From assembly GCA_964106915.2 (NCBI GenBank), contig OZ066914.1: DNA of 64,000 nucleotides. One strand, given 5' to 3'. Positions 12,705 through 26,778 of this stretch are shown in pieces (positions within the stretch are counted from its first letter, which is position 1; the number at the start of each line of letters is the position of its first letter). The notes beneath the pieces were generated by a model. That model was not told where the DNA came from and searched no databases. It saw only the letters and a list, made by a program, of their open reading frames with translations. This DNA is from Podarcis gaigeae. Taxonomy: Eukaryota. A program made the position numbers and the translations under genes.

Positions 12705-14382
12705 GAAGGGAAGGAGGGAGTGAGAGCAGGAGAGAGGGACAGAATGTAAATTAAAGTGCCTTTTTCATCTTGTACTCAGAAGAATGATTTATGGATTGTT
12801 TATGTATTGATAATTTCTTTTCTCAGCAGTGTGTTCTCAGAAACCAGTTTGGTGAAGAAAAATGTGAAAACAACCCCTTGTGGGGATGCGTATTGCTGCA
12901 GACAGTAATGTAGTAGCTGATTATAATTAGCTATGATGTTTAATTACACATAAATTGTGATAAAAGTTGCATTGCATAACAATAAAGCTGGTACATTATG
13001 CACTCTTTGTTTTATTTCTCCAGCTCTTCCTTCTTTGATTATTTCATTATTTCCAAAGCTGAAACTGGCTCCTTCTCCTTTGGGCTACCATTTCCTTATC
13101 ACGATGTTTAATTAATGTTTGATTATTTCTGGGGTTTTTTGTGGAAAATTTCAGATGCATCCATACTTGAATGTTTCATTAGAAAATCAGCATAAAGACA
13201 TTAGGAAGCAAAGTGGTGACTTCCCTCTGCAACACCCGCAACCTGAAACATAGGGGAGTTATAGCCAAAAGCAACTCTCAGATGCTGGGCTTGTGGAAGT
13301 ACATTGTATGTGGTTCTGGGATGTATCATTTCAGATGGCAAGCAGGGCACCAAAAGCTTCAGTGCTCACTTGCATAAAACACATTTCCTCCACACCCAAA
13401 AGCTTCTTCCCTCTACAGCTGTGCAGAGGGATCTGAAGATGACAAAAGAGACTTGGCAGGGCTTTCTCTCCTGATGGAGAAATAAGAGGCTTGATAGACC
13501 TCTTACTGGCTGTAAATGATGTTGCTAGCTCCATTTCCATCTAGAGATCATGGAGTGTGTAGGTCAACCCCATGACCTGTGGTGGGAAAACAGGGCTCAG
13601 TTGAACTTTATGGTGATACCCACCTATGGGAGGATGGATAATGTTTAATTTTTTTAAGAGGTTTGTTTAAAAAATAATCCAAAAGAGCCCTTTTGCATTA
13701 CAGTGATAAACAGAAGGATCCCAATAATGTCTCCATGGTGTGTTAATGTTCTGTACTGCACCCAATGCCTATTGGCAAACCTTCATCTTTTGGTCTGCCA
13801 ACTCCGGACAAAGCAACAGCCCTTGCTTCTAACCATGCAATCCTAGGTATGCTTATTCGTAAGCAAGTCCCACTGTGTTCCATGGGGCTAACCCCCTGGG
13901 TGTGCACAGGGCTTCAGACTAAAAGTTCCAAATCAACAAGATGCTCTTCATCCTAATAAGATAGATTTGGAGGCTGGCCTACTGGTTAGGACCAAACCAC
14001 GGAGATATTTGAAATCCTGCCTATTCCTCACTCTGTTGCGTATAGCCTGATGGAGCTCTGCTGTTCATGTTGATGCTAGTCTGTGTTTCTCTCCTGTTCT
14101 ACGGAACTGCAACAGGGCCAGCTCAAGGTGTTTCTGTTGTGGTGACTGGGCCAGAAAATTCAAGGCACACAACCTGAAAATAAAATAAACGGATAAACAA
14201 ACAAACAGACTATTTGTGTTCATTTAATGGCATCTAAAATTTGCCACTTGAGGCAGCTGCCACACTATATATCATGGGTTGCAAAGCCAGGTCCAGATTT
14301 CAACTAGAAACAGATAGGATAGTGATTGGTAAGAATAAAGAGAATATCTTATGGCATCTTTTTATTTTATGCTTTAAAACAG

Positions 14383-14605
14383 CTAGCATGATGTAGTGGT
14401 TAGGGTGTCAGACTAGGGCCTAAGAGATCAGGGTTAAATTTCCACTCAGCCATGAAGGTCACTGGGTGACCTTGGACCAATCACTGTCTTTCAACCTGAA
14501 CTATTTAACAGGGTAGCTTTGAGGATGAAAGGAGGAGGGGAAAACTATATCTACTCCCCTTGAGCTCCTCAGAGGAAAAGTTGGATATAAGCGTAATAAT
14601 AAATG
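14383..14605 (+). mobile_element. Older MIR/CORE-like tRNA SINE (related remnants at about 44015-44200 minus and 50520-50690 plus)
   Basis: tgtagtggttag head, ctgggtgaccttgg core, aataataaat tail. Confidence 0.65.
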
Positions 14606-14799
14606 AAGAAAAAAAGAGCAGATAAAAAAAATATGTCTAGCATGACAGCAATCCAGAGCTATAAAGACCAAAAGACATTTTGCCATTGATTTTAGTGGGA
14701 TTAAACTTTACTCTAAAGGGGATACAGCTGAATCAAGGCTGACCTATCTTTTTATTTATTAGTAGTATAATTGCTGTACGGGCCAGGAGGAAGCCTTTA

Positions 14800-15148
14800 G
14801 GGACGCGGGTGGTGCTGTGGGTAAAACTTCAGCGCCTAAGACTTGCTGATCGCATGGTCGGCGGTTGAGCTCCCGTCGTTCGGTCCCAGCTCCTGCCCAC
14901 CTAGCAGTTCAAAAGCACCCTTAAGTGCAAGTAGATAAATAGGTACCGCTTTATAGCGGGAAGGTAAACGGCGTTTCCGTGTGCTGCTCTGGTGCCGGTT
15001 CGCCGGAGCAGCTTCGTCACGCTGGCCACGTGACCCGGAAGTGTCTGCAGACAGCACTGGCTCCCGGCCCCTAGAGTGAGATGAGCGCACAACCCTAGAG
15101 TCTGTCAAGACTGGCCTGGACGGGCAGGGGTACCTTTACCTTTTTACC
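14800..15148 (+). mobile_element. Sauria SINE
   Basis: gggacgcgggtggtgctgtgg head, gtagataaataggtaccgc core, acctttacct tail. Confidence 0.88.
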
Positions 15149-15437
15149 CCTGCTGGGATACTATCGTTACATCACTATTTGTTTTTGTTTTTGTTTAATT
15201 TCATGTTTCTGTGTGTGTGTGTTTGAAAAAGCACTATATTTTTCCATGTCCCCCTCACACAGTGCTAAAATGAATAAATTCAGCCCCAAATGGGAAATCT
15301 GCAACCATTTTGGGTGAGTGAGAGTAACTGTTGCTAAACGGTGCCATTCCAGGTCATTTGTCAGCTTTGTTTCTGTCAAATTCTATAAGCCTTAAGATAT
15401 TCATTAGTGAAAGGAAGTTTAGACATACTTCACGTAC

Positions 15438-15643
15438 TTTGGGGTTTTCATTTCTCAAATTGAAAGTGAGCTCTAGATTGGTGAGGAAGAGATCAGAAAA
15501 TTCAGGGTACATATCCAAAACTTCCAACAGGTCTTCTCGTTGGATCTTGTGCAAGTCACAGTAGGTTAAAGCCCTCACATCTGCATTGGACTTTCCTGGT
15601 TTTGCATAAAGATGGACCATCTCTCCAAAAATATCATTTTTGC
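15438..15643 (-). CDS. KCNH7: KCNH7 coding exon: CNBHD
   Basis: [69 protein letters not shown]. Acceptor gttgcag|GC, donor AAA|gtacgt, 206 bp, phase 1/0. Confidence 0.95.
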
Positions 15644-15942
15644 CTGCAACAATAATTGGGGAATGGGGGAACAAACACATTTACACATGGCCTCCTGCCA
15701 TATTACAAAAATAAGAAACAGGACATGTTCTCCAAAAATCTGTGATCTCACATCTACAATCTGATGTCATATGGGCTCAAACAAATTGCATCATGTGATT
15801 ATGCTTCTTGTATATATCTGCTCAGAGGCATATTGCCTTTTATATCATTCAACATGTTCCAAGACTTATTTGCTTGGTTACTTGTTTGTTTATAGCATTT
15901 TTTATCCTACACTTCAGATGAAAAGACCCCCAAAGCAGCTTA

Positions 15943-16439
15943 CCATACATTTCAGTGTTTTAGACGAGGGTTTTTTACTCCAAAATAAAGTGAAAAAGGG
16001 GGGGGGTGTCATCATATACATGGGTAGTGCAGAGGGGGGCGACAGGCAATTGGTTGCATCCACGAGCAGGATTTAGCTATTGGGTGGGTGAATGGTGTCT
16101 GCTGCAAGGGCTGCTTTGGATTGGCTACTGCTTTGTCAATTGGGTGGGTTATTTGTGGATGTGGCAAGGGCTGTTTTGGAGTGGCTCCCACTTCGGCAAT
16201 TTGGCTTGTGATTGTTAGCGTTTGTCAGTTGGGTGAGTGTTATTCGATCAGTCATTCCCCCCCCCCCCCCAAAAAAAATTGCTCAACAACTCTGGTCAAT
16301 TCTGCCCCCCAAAAGCTCAACAACGCTGGGTAAGCGTCCACAGAAAAAGATCAAGTACACTGTGCCATCTCCTCCCATTTTCTTAAATTTGAGCCCCCCA
16401 AATTATACATGGAGACGCCTTATAGACGGAAAAGTACGG
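15943..16439. mobile_element. Decayed pogo/Tc2-like MITE
   Basis: TA flanks. Degenerate TIRs ccatacatttcagtgttttagacg and gacgccttatagacggaaaagtacgg, the same terminus style as 29223-30183. Confidence 0.6.
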
Positions 16440-16879
16440 TATATAAGTTCAATAACAACGATAACAGCAAGACAGTCCCTGCCCATAGGCTTCAAATCTA
16501 AAAGACATAGCACAAAAGGAGATAGGGATAGGGCGGGAGGAAAGCAAGCAACCTCAGCCATCAGTTCTTAAAGTTGCAAACTTCTTATCATTACCAGCTT
16601 GCACAGAAACAGTTCTGGGAGAGGAGGAGTCAAATGAAGTCAATCTCTGGGCCAAGCTAATAGAGGGGACCCTATAGTCCTTTCTCATCTCTCCCTTTGC
16701 TGCAGCCAGATGCAATAGTCAATCAGGTAGCTTAATGTAAGCCTCCTTTTAGGGATCTTAAATCTGTTCTTATGAACTGGACGTTTCTCTTTCATTAATC
16801 CATCTGCAAGACCAGTTCTTGTCTAAAAGGGATTTGTGATGCAGCTTTCTCGGGTTTCGCCAAATTTCCAAATGCTTAC

Positions 16880-17132
16880 CCAGGATTGCCACCACCATAT
16901 CATTCTTGAGGATTTCGATGGAGCCTCGCGACAGGAAGTAAAGCGCAGTCAGGATATCACCAGAGTGGACAAGGGTGTCTCCGGGAGGTGCGTGCGTCGT
17001 CTTAAACTTCATAGCCAAAGCCCGGAGACAGCCTTTACTGGCTCCCTGGAAAGCTTTGCAGTTTTGAAGTAAACTTTGGTTGAGGTGGAGACAGATATCT
17101 GCTTGTAAACATTCTGGAAACCCCTTTAGGAC
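16880..17132 (-). CDS. KCNH7: KCNH7 coding exon: C-linker and CNBHD
   Basis: [84 protein letters not shown]. Acceptor ttcatcag|GTC, donor CTGG|gtaagc, 253 bp, phase 0/1. Confidence 0.96.
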
Positions 17133-17928
17133 CTGATGAAGACAAGGCGAGAGTTCAGAACCAAACCGCAAATTGGCCTCGAGTTTCTGACATCTTTTTG
17201 CTCAGTTAGGAAGCACTTAGGGTTGCTTTTTTTTGGGGGGGGGTCATTCAGCTCTTCTGGCTATGCTGCCTAGATAGCTAACTGGTATAGAGCAAGCGAT
17301 AGAATGAGGTCAAAATGTAATCAGAAAATGAGCTGGGAAAATTGGTATGGGTGAGCAGATTCTTGCGCTGATATAGTCTAGTATGCGGCAGCTGCATATT
17401 GTGCTATTTCTTTTGATGGGATAACTGAATCCACATGACTGCGGCTAGGTGTTGTGTATGCTGATGTGTGTAACTGATGCTTCCAGTTTGAATTACAAAT
17501 CTGATCTGTATTTATTGGTTAATGGTGAAATGACCCATCTTGGTCAGAGATGGTCCCTTGCCTGACTGCTCCTACAACATGTGTGGTCAGATCTGTGGAA
17601 CACTGAAAATCCTTCTTGCCCTTTTCTCACAGAGGTGGCAGCAGTGCCGAGTAAGAACTGATGGGTACTTGGACAGGTCCAGAGAATAATGTGCACCCCA
17701 CTTCTCTGCTTTACAATTCTCTGCCAGTAGGTCAGCCAATGCAAAGTTTGACCCCATTTTACGTATGGGTGCATTGGAATTATTTTTTAGACATTTTATC
17801 ATTAGTGTGTTTACCACCCTGGGCTGGGCTCCTTTGGAGGAATGGGGTGGGATATAAATTTAATAAATAATACTTATAGCAACAATAATGATTCATAATA
17901 ACTTAAGTAATGGTTGCAAAATTATATA

Positions 17929-17978
<50 letters not shown>

Positions 17979-18047
17979 TAAGCTGGTATTGAAAGTGGTT
18001 AAGGTCATACATATGCTATACATTTAAAGTTATACTGCTTTAAGTTT

Positions 18048-18346
18048 GGGATAGCTCAGTCGGTAGAGCATGAAACTCTTAATCCCAGGGTTGTGGGTTT
18101 GAGTCCCATGTTGAGCAAAAGATTCATGCACTGAAAGGGGTTAGATCAGCAGTTCTCAACCTGTGGGTCCCCAGATGTTGTTGGACTACAACTACAACTC
18201 CCATCATCCCTGAGTTCTGGCCTTCCTAGCTAGGGGTGATGGGAATTGTAGTTCAACAACATCTGGGGACCCACAGGTTGAGAAAGGCTGGGTTAGATTA
18301 ATGACCCTCGTGGTCCCTTCCAACTCTACAATTCTATGATTCTATG
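18048..18346 (+). mobile_element. tRNA-derived SINE with CR1-like 3' tail, interrupted by a hAT MITE (other copies at about 2915-3061 plus and 29035-29163 minus)
   Basis: gatagctcagtcggtagagcatg..actcttaatc tRNA-Lys-like head; gtcccttccaactctacaattctatgattctatg tail. Confidence 0.82.
18147..18290. mobile_element. Palindromic hAT MITE nested in a SINE
   Basis: Near-complete foldback (ttctcaacctgtgggtccccagatgttg / caacatctggggacccacaggttgagaa). Perfect 8-bp TSD ggttagat at 18139-46 and 18291-98. Confidence 0.9.
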
Positions 18347-19155
18347 TTCAGTGGTCCTGGGTTTGTTAAGGGTTCTGAAAGTTGTTAGGAGGTTCATCAC
18401 AAAGCTGCAATTCCCAGCACCCTTAACAAACAACAGTTCCCAGAATTCTTTGAGGGAACCCATGATTGTCAATGTGCTTTAAACATATGGAGTGGCTGTC
18501 CTTTTTGCTATGCAATTTATTCCATATCTGCTAATCAATGTCAATAATCTCATTCCCTTTATTAGATAAATGCTATTCACAGTTCAGTCAGTGAGGCAGA
18601 ATTTTGCAGCTGGATCTGAGAGAAACAGACTTCAATTCCACCTCAACCAATAGGTTGACCATGTGTCCTACTTTTGAGGTAAAAACCTCTAAGGTAAAAT
18701 CCTCCAGAAGAACTGTCTGGTCCAAGTCTGGTTGAAAGATAAAGAACCAGAACAAGGGATAGCATTGTAAATTGGAGTAATTACCGGTAGGTCTAAATCT
18801 GAATTAAAACATATACATTTTCATACACAAATTTTATGCAAATTTTATCACATTTTGTCCTCTTTTTGGATGATGCATTCCCTCTTTTACAGCAATTAGT
18901 AAGTGGCCACCATAGTAAGTGACTGGCTGACTCTCAACATTGTAGCATTTACATGAAACCTTGCATTCCCTGTATATTATGCTGAACTGGAGAAGCTAAA
19001 AAATGCATAGAATATCTGGACAGAAATGGCTTTTAAGGGCCAACAGAGTAATCCTACATGTGTTTACTCAGGAGTAAACCCTAATTGTGTTTAATGGAGC
19101 ATACTCCCAGGTACGTATGCACAGAATTGTGGCCTAAAACATATACAATAGATTT

Positions 19156-19232
19156 TATTTTATTAACTATCAGGTGGGTCTATTTATCCACTATTTTATT
19201 AACTATCAGGTGGGTCTATTTATCCACTATTT
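19156..19232. repeat. Exact 36-bp tandem duplication
   Basis: tattttattaactatcaggtgggtctatttatccac occurs twice, followed by tattt. Confidence 0.92.
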
Positions 19233-22200
19233 AAGAAATGTGTCATATCCACAAATACAACATTACTCTTATACATGATGTTAATGATGCAGTACCCAAA
19301 AATGATTATAGTAAATCTCCAGGCTTAGTTATTTCAATAGGTTTTTGTTTCACTTCAGCACAATAAAGGTCTGTGCATCCATTTAAGATTTTGTTACAAA
19401 AATATCAGCATCATGTCTCCAACTTTAACAACAGCAAAAAGCAGCAGCAACAAATGAATGACTTATATTTGACATGAGAATATCACTTCACCAAAGCCAA
19501 GCTATGATTCAAGAAATGACCTTAAATAATTATTTTGACATGTTTTCTATGATTTGGAAGTAAACAATAGAACTTGCACTGTGAAAGAACAGAGAACATT
19601 GTTAAAACAGATGTTCATACAAAAAGTTGAACAATTCAAGGACTTGGGACCAGATGTGCCATTTGAGTAGAGAGGTAAGAATCTCAACTAGGTTTATTTA
19701 GTTAGTTAAAAAAATATTATTTATAGTGGTTGTTCATAACTATAGCCATGCTAGAGGTCAGTCACCTTTTAAATTGCTTATGTATGTATGACTGGGTCAT
19801 GGGTCCATTTAATTGTTTATATGACTCAGACATTGGACTTAAGTTAGTAATGTCCATTGATTTCAATGGGTTTAAGCTCAGTTGAATACCAGCTCCTGAC
19901 CATTAAATAAAATGTGCTCTGAGGAACAGTTGAGAAGCATTTCCCCATCCCACTCCTTACATGGCACCCCTGTTCAGGACACAGAAATGTACACATCTTA
20001 GAAGAAGCCAGATATAGGCAAAAGATAAATAGGCAAAAATCATTTAATAGGCCACACAAAGTCAACTAAATCCAAGGCTTTCTTGTGACAGTGCTTGCCA
20101 CTACAGAATACCAGAACCTATATATTTTGCTGCCCATGGCATCCATTTTGTGCTGGCACCAACGGACACATTTATCAATATATGAGTACCAGTACCTCAT
20201 TTTAAAAAACAAACACATCTCTTACTATATCTAACAAAACTACATCCAGGGTAAAATGGTTGCTGTATCTGAGAAATTGCTTTGATAGTCCCATATTAGG
20301 ACATGCAAATTTATGCTTTGGGTTGCAATAGTATAGTACCCCAAACAAACAAATATTGTGCTGTACTATGCTATTGCAGAGATACACACCAGTGTGAATG
20401 GTTTGGGATCAAGTTACCTTAAAAAATGCAGCTTCACTCAAATTGACATGGCCAGGCCAATTCTATGCCCGCTTACTCAAAAGTGACACCTATTTCCACA
20501 GTACTCATTTCCTTGTAAGTGTGCCCAGGGACTGGATTCTAACAAAAGTCTCATCATTCATGGCATGAAAGCCTTCTTCAGCTGTTCTTTGGCATTAACA
20601 GACGAGGAGAGACAGCTGCATTCTCTGTCACTGTTCCCATCAACACCTTCCACAAGGCAAACCTCTGAAACAGAAAGTCCTGATTTCCCAGGATCTAAAA
20701 TTCATAGAAAGCCTCCACAAGCAGAGGAGGCTTTCTGCTTCAGAAGCTCCGAACTCTAATTTGTGAAGGTGGTTCTAGAATGTGGTGGTTCTAGAGTGCT
20801 CATCCTCACTCTCCCACCAAGAGTGGTGTGATCACGCTGAAGAAAAATTCCTGAGGGGAGTGTTAAACAACGCAAGTATTATAGAGTGATATCTTGTCGC
20901 AAGGAAAGATTTACCCTACCCTGTCACCGATACCATAATTTGAATTTCATCCCAACTCTCTCTTATCTGAAAATTAAGAATTATTCAGCACTCCAATCAT
21001 ATGAATACCACTTTCAGCCGTGATTCACCCCCTCATTCCACATACTGATTATGTGGGTATAAACAGTTAGTGAGCTACTAAAACCTGTTAAAGGGGAACC
21101 ACTCTTCACTCACTTCCCTTTGAGGGTGTGCCCACAGATCAGGGACATTTTATTGTACGGAATAAGTTTTGGCAAAGTTTTCTGATAGAATGCCTAGGAA
21201 CAAGTTTATTTTATCTAGGACAACAGCAGCCTGTCCCCATCTTTACCTGCCAAAACTAGTTAATGTAAGATATGCTTAGTCATTAAGAATAGTCAAGCAT
21301 TTTAATAATTAGGAATAGTCGACTACTTTATATTGCCTGAGGGTCAAACAATTTTAACAGCGCCTCAGGCTTCACTGGGATCACTTCCAAAAAGTGTGCT
21401 TCAGGAATACATGTTTTTCAGACCCATTCTAAAATTTCTTCAACTTCTACATAATGTAAGCATGTTATAAAAATTTACTTTGTATACCAATAATGAGCAC
21501 AGAACCATCTGACCTTCTTAAAGCCCTCTCATTCTGAAGGCTCGCTGGACAATTTAAAGGATAAAATCGTACTAAGATAGTTTCGTGGCCCTCAAACCTT
21601 TCTCAAGTCAACCATCTTCCAAGCTTGCCTGCTTCCCATATGCAGCACAGATGCTTGGTCGAGAAAGTGGCTAGATGTACTATTTACAAGATGTGTGTGT
21701 GTGTGTTAGTTTTAGCCCGCTGGAGATTAAGGGTGGGGGAGTGGAAGAGAAGGACTTGGGGAGAGGGCGGGTAGATATGGGGTGGTGGTGGGAAGGCTGA
21801 ATGAGGGGGATTATTAGAGAGAAAATGAGGGTGTTCCTATTCCACTGCATGTCATCTGCAATAAATGTCATGGCTGGGTGGTTAAGTTCCAGGATCGTAT
21901 AAATTCAGAATTTCTGAATTTGTTAAGTATATTAACTGCACTTACACAACAACAGGGACTATATATGTAGCAAGAGGCTGATTGTAATAATTGACTCATT
22001 TCAGAGGGGTAGCATGAGTGACACTTTTGCCTCTGCTGCTGGTTCACCTCCAACTGGCCTTGAGATGACACTGGAAGAGTTAACTGAAATGGGTAAGGAA
22101 GGAACTCAGGAAAAACATATAAGGAAGGGCAGGAGATTATGGCCAACTTCTACAAATAGCACACAGAAGACTTGAAAACTCCTGTCCTTTTCAGCATCCC

Positions 22201-25200
22201 AGATGCCAGTTGACTGGCCCATAATTTTACATGCCAGTGGCTACTCAGCTTTTATAGCCCTGGTCATAAGAAGCAATATTTTCACAATGACATTTCTGCT
22301 GGTGCATGCAGTGTTGACAATGACCAAATTATATTCTTTTTATGTCAGCATTTGGATCCCAGTTATAGTCCCAAATCCACTCTACCCAACTGTTGCACAT
22401 TGTTATGTTATCAGTGGCACAGCTGAATTGTATGACAAAAGAAATGGAGAAGTAGAGAGAAAGAAATGAACAAATTAATTAGACTCTGATCATATCTCAA
22501 TACAAGAATGACACATTTTCTTTTTATGTATTAGTTATTCAAAATAGGGCTCGGAAGGACATTTCCTTCTTTTCAATATAAGGATCATAAGGATTTGTTT
22601 TCATGAAAGGAGCTACAAATATGTGAGCATTTTCTTTCTTATATGAAAAATAACCTGTACGCTTTCCTATGTATTAAAACAGTTTTAAAAGCAAAGATAT
22701 ATATATTTTTTAAAAAGGCCTTTCACTGTATTAAGTAGGAATATAATTAAATAATGCATGCATTTGTTTTTCACAGCAGCAACTGTTACTGCTCTGGACC
22801 TGACTTCGTTCAGTTTGCAGAACTAAAACTTGCCAAATAAACCTTACAGTGTTCAAGCTGCCTGCCTTTAGATGTTTGTACACATCTTCCAAATCCCACT
22901 GGTGTTGGCAAGAATTCTGCATGCAAGTTGGATGAGAATGGGATCCCTCCTAGTTAACCATCATGCAAGGTCAAGCAGCTCAAAGCTTGTGTGAGTTTGT
23001 GACGTCTGCACATAGTTCTGATCTTGGGACAGCAGTGGGGAAGGGGGATCGATTGGTGCTTGCCAGTAGCATGCATGCGGTGTGAACAAAAAGGCACCAA
23101 CACAAGAGAAAGCACAGAATGATAGGCATGACACCTTCCTTTGAATGTGACATTTTTACAAAATAGCTAACCATATGCACAGAACCTTTTTTGGGCAGAG
23201 AAGAGTTCTCAGAGCTGTGGGGTCAATAAGTGAATAATACATCCATGGATAATAAATATGGCACCTTCAGAAAGGTTTTCGGTTTAAATCGTTTCGGTGC
23301 TGGGTTCGTTTTTTGCCCCATGTCTGTTTTTGCCAATAGTATTATTATTTTATTTCGTATCTATCACATTGTCATGCAGAAAAATGTTACAAATTGAAAC
23401 AGAAAGCATTAAAAACAAGTATGAAACTCAACAGTTAACATGGACAATCTTTTTTTTTTACACTGGAATTAAATTGGATATAAATACCTCCTGCTCTTAC
23501 CAGTGGGTGGTGTTATTCCATGTATTTAGGTATGAAGCAGACAAGAAAGAGATAAATCTTTCATAAGTACAGCATACAAAAGACAGTTGGCATATCAACC
23601 TTGCATTCTTGCACTAAGGTGTGCATGTGTATACACACACACACACACACACACATATATACGTATACCATATGTATTCTGTTTAGATCACTCATTTAGT
23701 TATTGTTCTAAAACTAAATGTATTTAATTTAATGAGAGCATTAAAAATAAAATATTACAAAATAAGCCACTAAACTGTGTATATTGTTTGCAATAAACAG
23801 CATTCAATACTGCTTTCCAACATATATAGTCTTACATCATGCACAGCTTAGCTGAACAACCATCTGGTTGGTATTAGACTTATTTAAAATAACGAACGTT
23901 TCCAGGTAGGTTTCACGTTTATTAGGCTGTAAACTTATACCAATTTACCTGGCACTTAAATCTGAGTAGATACACCTAATGTTGTGCTGTTAATGAATGC
24001 TGATTATACATTTTATTAGGAGCATTTCTGCCAATAAATGCCCTACGAAGCAACTGGATACAGTTGTACCAATTGTATCTCAATGTCTTTATCCAACAGT
24101 ATTCCATCGGCTCCAACTGATATTCATTCAAGCTGAGATGCTTCTGGTGGGGTCATGCAAGCTACAGCTAAAGACTCAGGAATCTAGAGCAGGTATGGGG
24201 AACATTTAGCCCTCTGGATGTTGCTGAATGACTACTACCATCAGTCCCACCCAGCATGGTCAATGGCCAGTGATGGTGAGAGTTGTAGTTCAGCAACATC
24301 CAGAACACTTGTATAGAGCAACTCTTGTCGGGATGCAACCTCTAGAAGTTGAGAGTGGAATACAAAGTTCCACTAAGGAGGGCACTCTTTAGTGCAAACA
24401 TTTCTGCTTGGCTGATGAAACTATCTCCCCCTTCTCCCACTATGCGCTGCTCTGGGCATTCTCTTGACCCCACAGAGCCAATTTAAAGGGGCGAGGGTGT
24501 GCAGGGGCACACTGTAGTGCTAGTGGGACTTATTGTGTAGGCAACTATCTAGTTGAATCCAGCCCTCAATGCTCCCCTTAATTGTATACGTCCCCATGGA
24601 AATTGGATTAAGGTGTTTCTAGATAGAGGGCTTTCTGAGACTCAGCATTCAATGCCAGACACGTAAAAGCCATAAAAGGATTGTCCTTCTTCCTGTGCTT
24701 ATCAGCACTAGTCTTGACAAACTAACTGGGGTTTAGCAGGATCAGTGCTGGAGGCACTATTCAATAGAGAGACTTCGGGGCAAACCTTTAGTCTAATTGG
24801 TACCACTTCCTTTTGATAATGTGCTTTCCACTTCTGGCTTAATGACATTAGGGAAGGTCTCTTTGAGACTCTGACTTAAATGGAACGAATTGGTGCTGTA
24901 GCGTTAAACCAAAAGTGGAAATAAGTGTATCAAAACGCACCAAGGGATTTTCACATCCTCCTGAAGCACGTCTCTCATCGACTTCAGCTGGTTTAGGTTT
25001 TCAAACATCTCGCTTCAAAGAGGCTGCATTTCCCTGGATGAAACTGTGGGCAGACATGTAGGCTGTGCACAAATGATGATAGTTTTGTAGTGCTGTCATT
25101 GCCAACATGTCCCACCTCAGTGTCTGTTCAAACCATACCCTGGAAAAAGCTGAAGCAAGATCCCAGAAGCCTAACCAGCATGTCTGAAATGTTTTCATTT

Positions 25201-25729
25201 GAACAGATGGGGGAGGAACTCATTTAGTTCACATTTTAACGCAAGCCCATCCAATTTGTGCCCTTTTCTTGCTCCAGTTTGTCCTCTCAAAATTGCACAT
25301 GCACACACACACACACACACACACACCCCAGCTGCTTTTTCTCCTTGTCTGGAAAAAATATTGCCTTTCCCTCTATGGGTTGCAAAGCAACTGGTGTACG
25401 TATGTTTGTGATTTTGATCAAATGAACAGCAGCAAAGAAAATGATTTCATTGCATAGCGCTTAGGCTTTTGGTTGCTGTCTTTGAATCTGCATTTCAGTA
25501 AAACAACAACAACAACAACAACAGGGATATAAACATGCAATTGCAAACCAAGAGTCCTTTGAACTCTAAGCATCCCATCCGTCAGAGCAACTTGACACAG
25601 AAACTGTCCTCTTCAACATCCACTTAAAATACATTTGGCTCTTATGTAGTTATATAACACTATGCTACCTCTCTTTCAGCAATGAAGTCGCAGTTTGTAT
25701 TTTATGTGCAACTGCTTCGTTTCACAGGT

Positions 25730-25763
<34 letters not shown>

Positions 25764-26148
25764 TATTGCTCATATAATCCAAAGCATGAGGGATCTAAAG
25801 CAAGTTTTCTGTAAAACTACGTTAGAAATGCTACAGACTAGCTTCCACAGCCAAATCCAGATGCTGACAAACCATTACACTTGCCCCAAAAGGGTGGAAA
25901 TGGTTGCTCTATCAATCTATACCACATTGAATTGAATAATTAATGGCTTTTAACATTACACTGCATTATACAGAAATGTATAATGGCATGAATGTGAAAC
26001 CAGAAATTATCCTTGGGCCAAAAATCAAAAATAAATAAATATGTATTCAGTACAGGCCCCTAAGGCCATCAAAAGTCAAGAGACACATTCCTCTCCCTGT
26101 ACCATTATCAATGCACATTTTTTAGCAATCAAAAGCAGATTTACATAC

Positions 26149-26348
26149 CATGTTCATGTCAATGCCATTTGTGTATGTCCATGCATGCTGAAAATATTCT
26201 TCAAGCCGCTGCCTCAGTGGGTTGGGAATTTGATGGAAGCGTATAAACTCTTTTACACGCAACATCTGCATGTGATACCGTGCGGTCCCTGAATACAGTC
26301 TTTGGATTATTGCGGATACATTTCCAAAAATGCTTGCATACATTAATG
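26149..26348 (-). CDS. KCNH7: KCNH7 coding exon: S6 and C-linker
   Basis: (S)[66 protein letters not shown]. Acceptor atcccag|CA, donor ATG|gtatgt, 200 bp, phase 1/0. Confidence 0.97.
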
Positions 26349-26778
26349 CTGGGATCAAACAAACAAACAAACAAACAGTTTGATAATATCACCATACTGG
26401 TTGTTATAACTTCAAATAAAATTAACAGTAAGCCCAAATTAGATTTTATAACGTCTTGAGCTTTGTTGTCTGAGGCCGGGGGTAGGAGTCTTGTTAGAAT
26501 AAAGTTATAAACTGAGGCTTGGGGCAAGTGTACCCGGCTGCCCCTTCTGCCTCTGCATGGACCTGCTACTAGGCATTATTGGAATCCCAACTCCCATCAG
26601 CCTCAGCCTGTATGGCCAATGGTGAGGCATAATGGGAGTTGGATTCCATCAACCTCTAGAAGGCTGCAGGTTTCCTTCCACTTTTTTGAAGGCTATATTC
26701 CAAAATGTTACCCCATTCATGACAAAGTGCCCATATCTTGTGAACCGCTGTGAGATCTTTTGATCTAATAAATGAATA

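Noticed and set aside
16770-16879. Intron read-through resembling the hERG USO isoform
   Set aside because: Only about 36 unremarkable codons, a strong gtaagc donor, and no AATAAA or ATTAAA seen downstream on the minus strand in this intron.
18048-18120. tRNA-Lys-like gene (also at about 2915 and 29100)
   Set aside because: The acceptor stem and B-box are degenerate and run into a CR1-like tail, so these are SINE heads.
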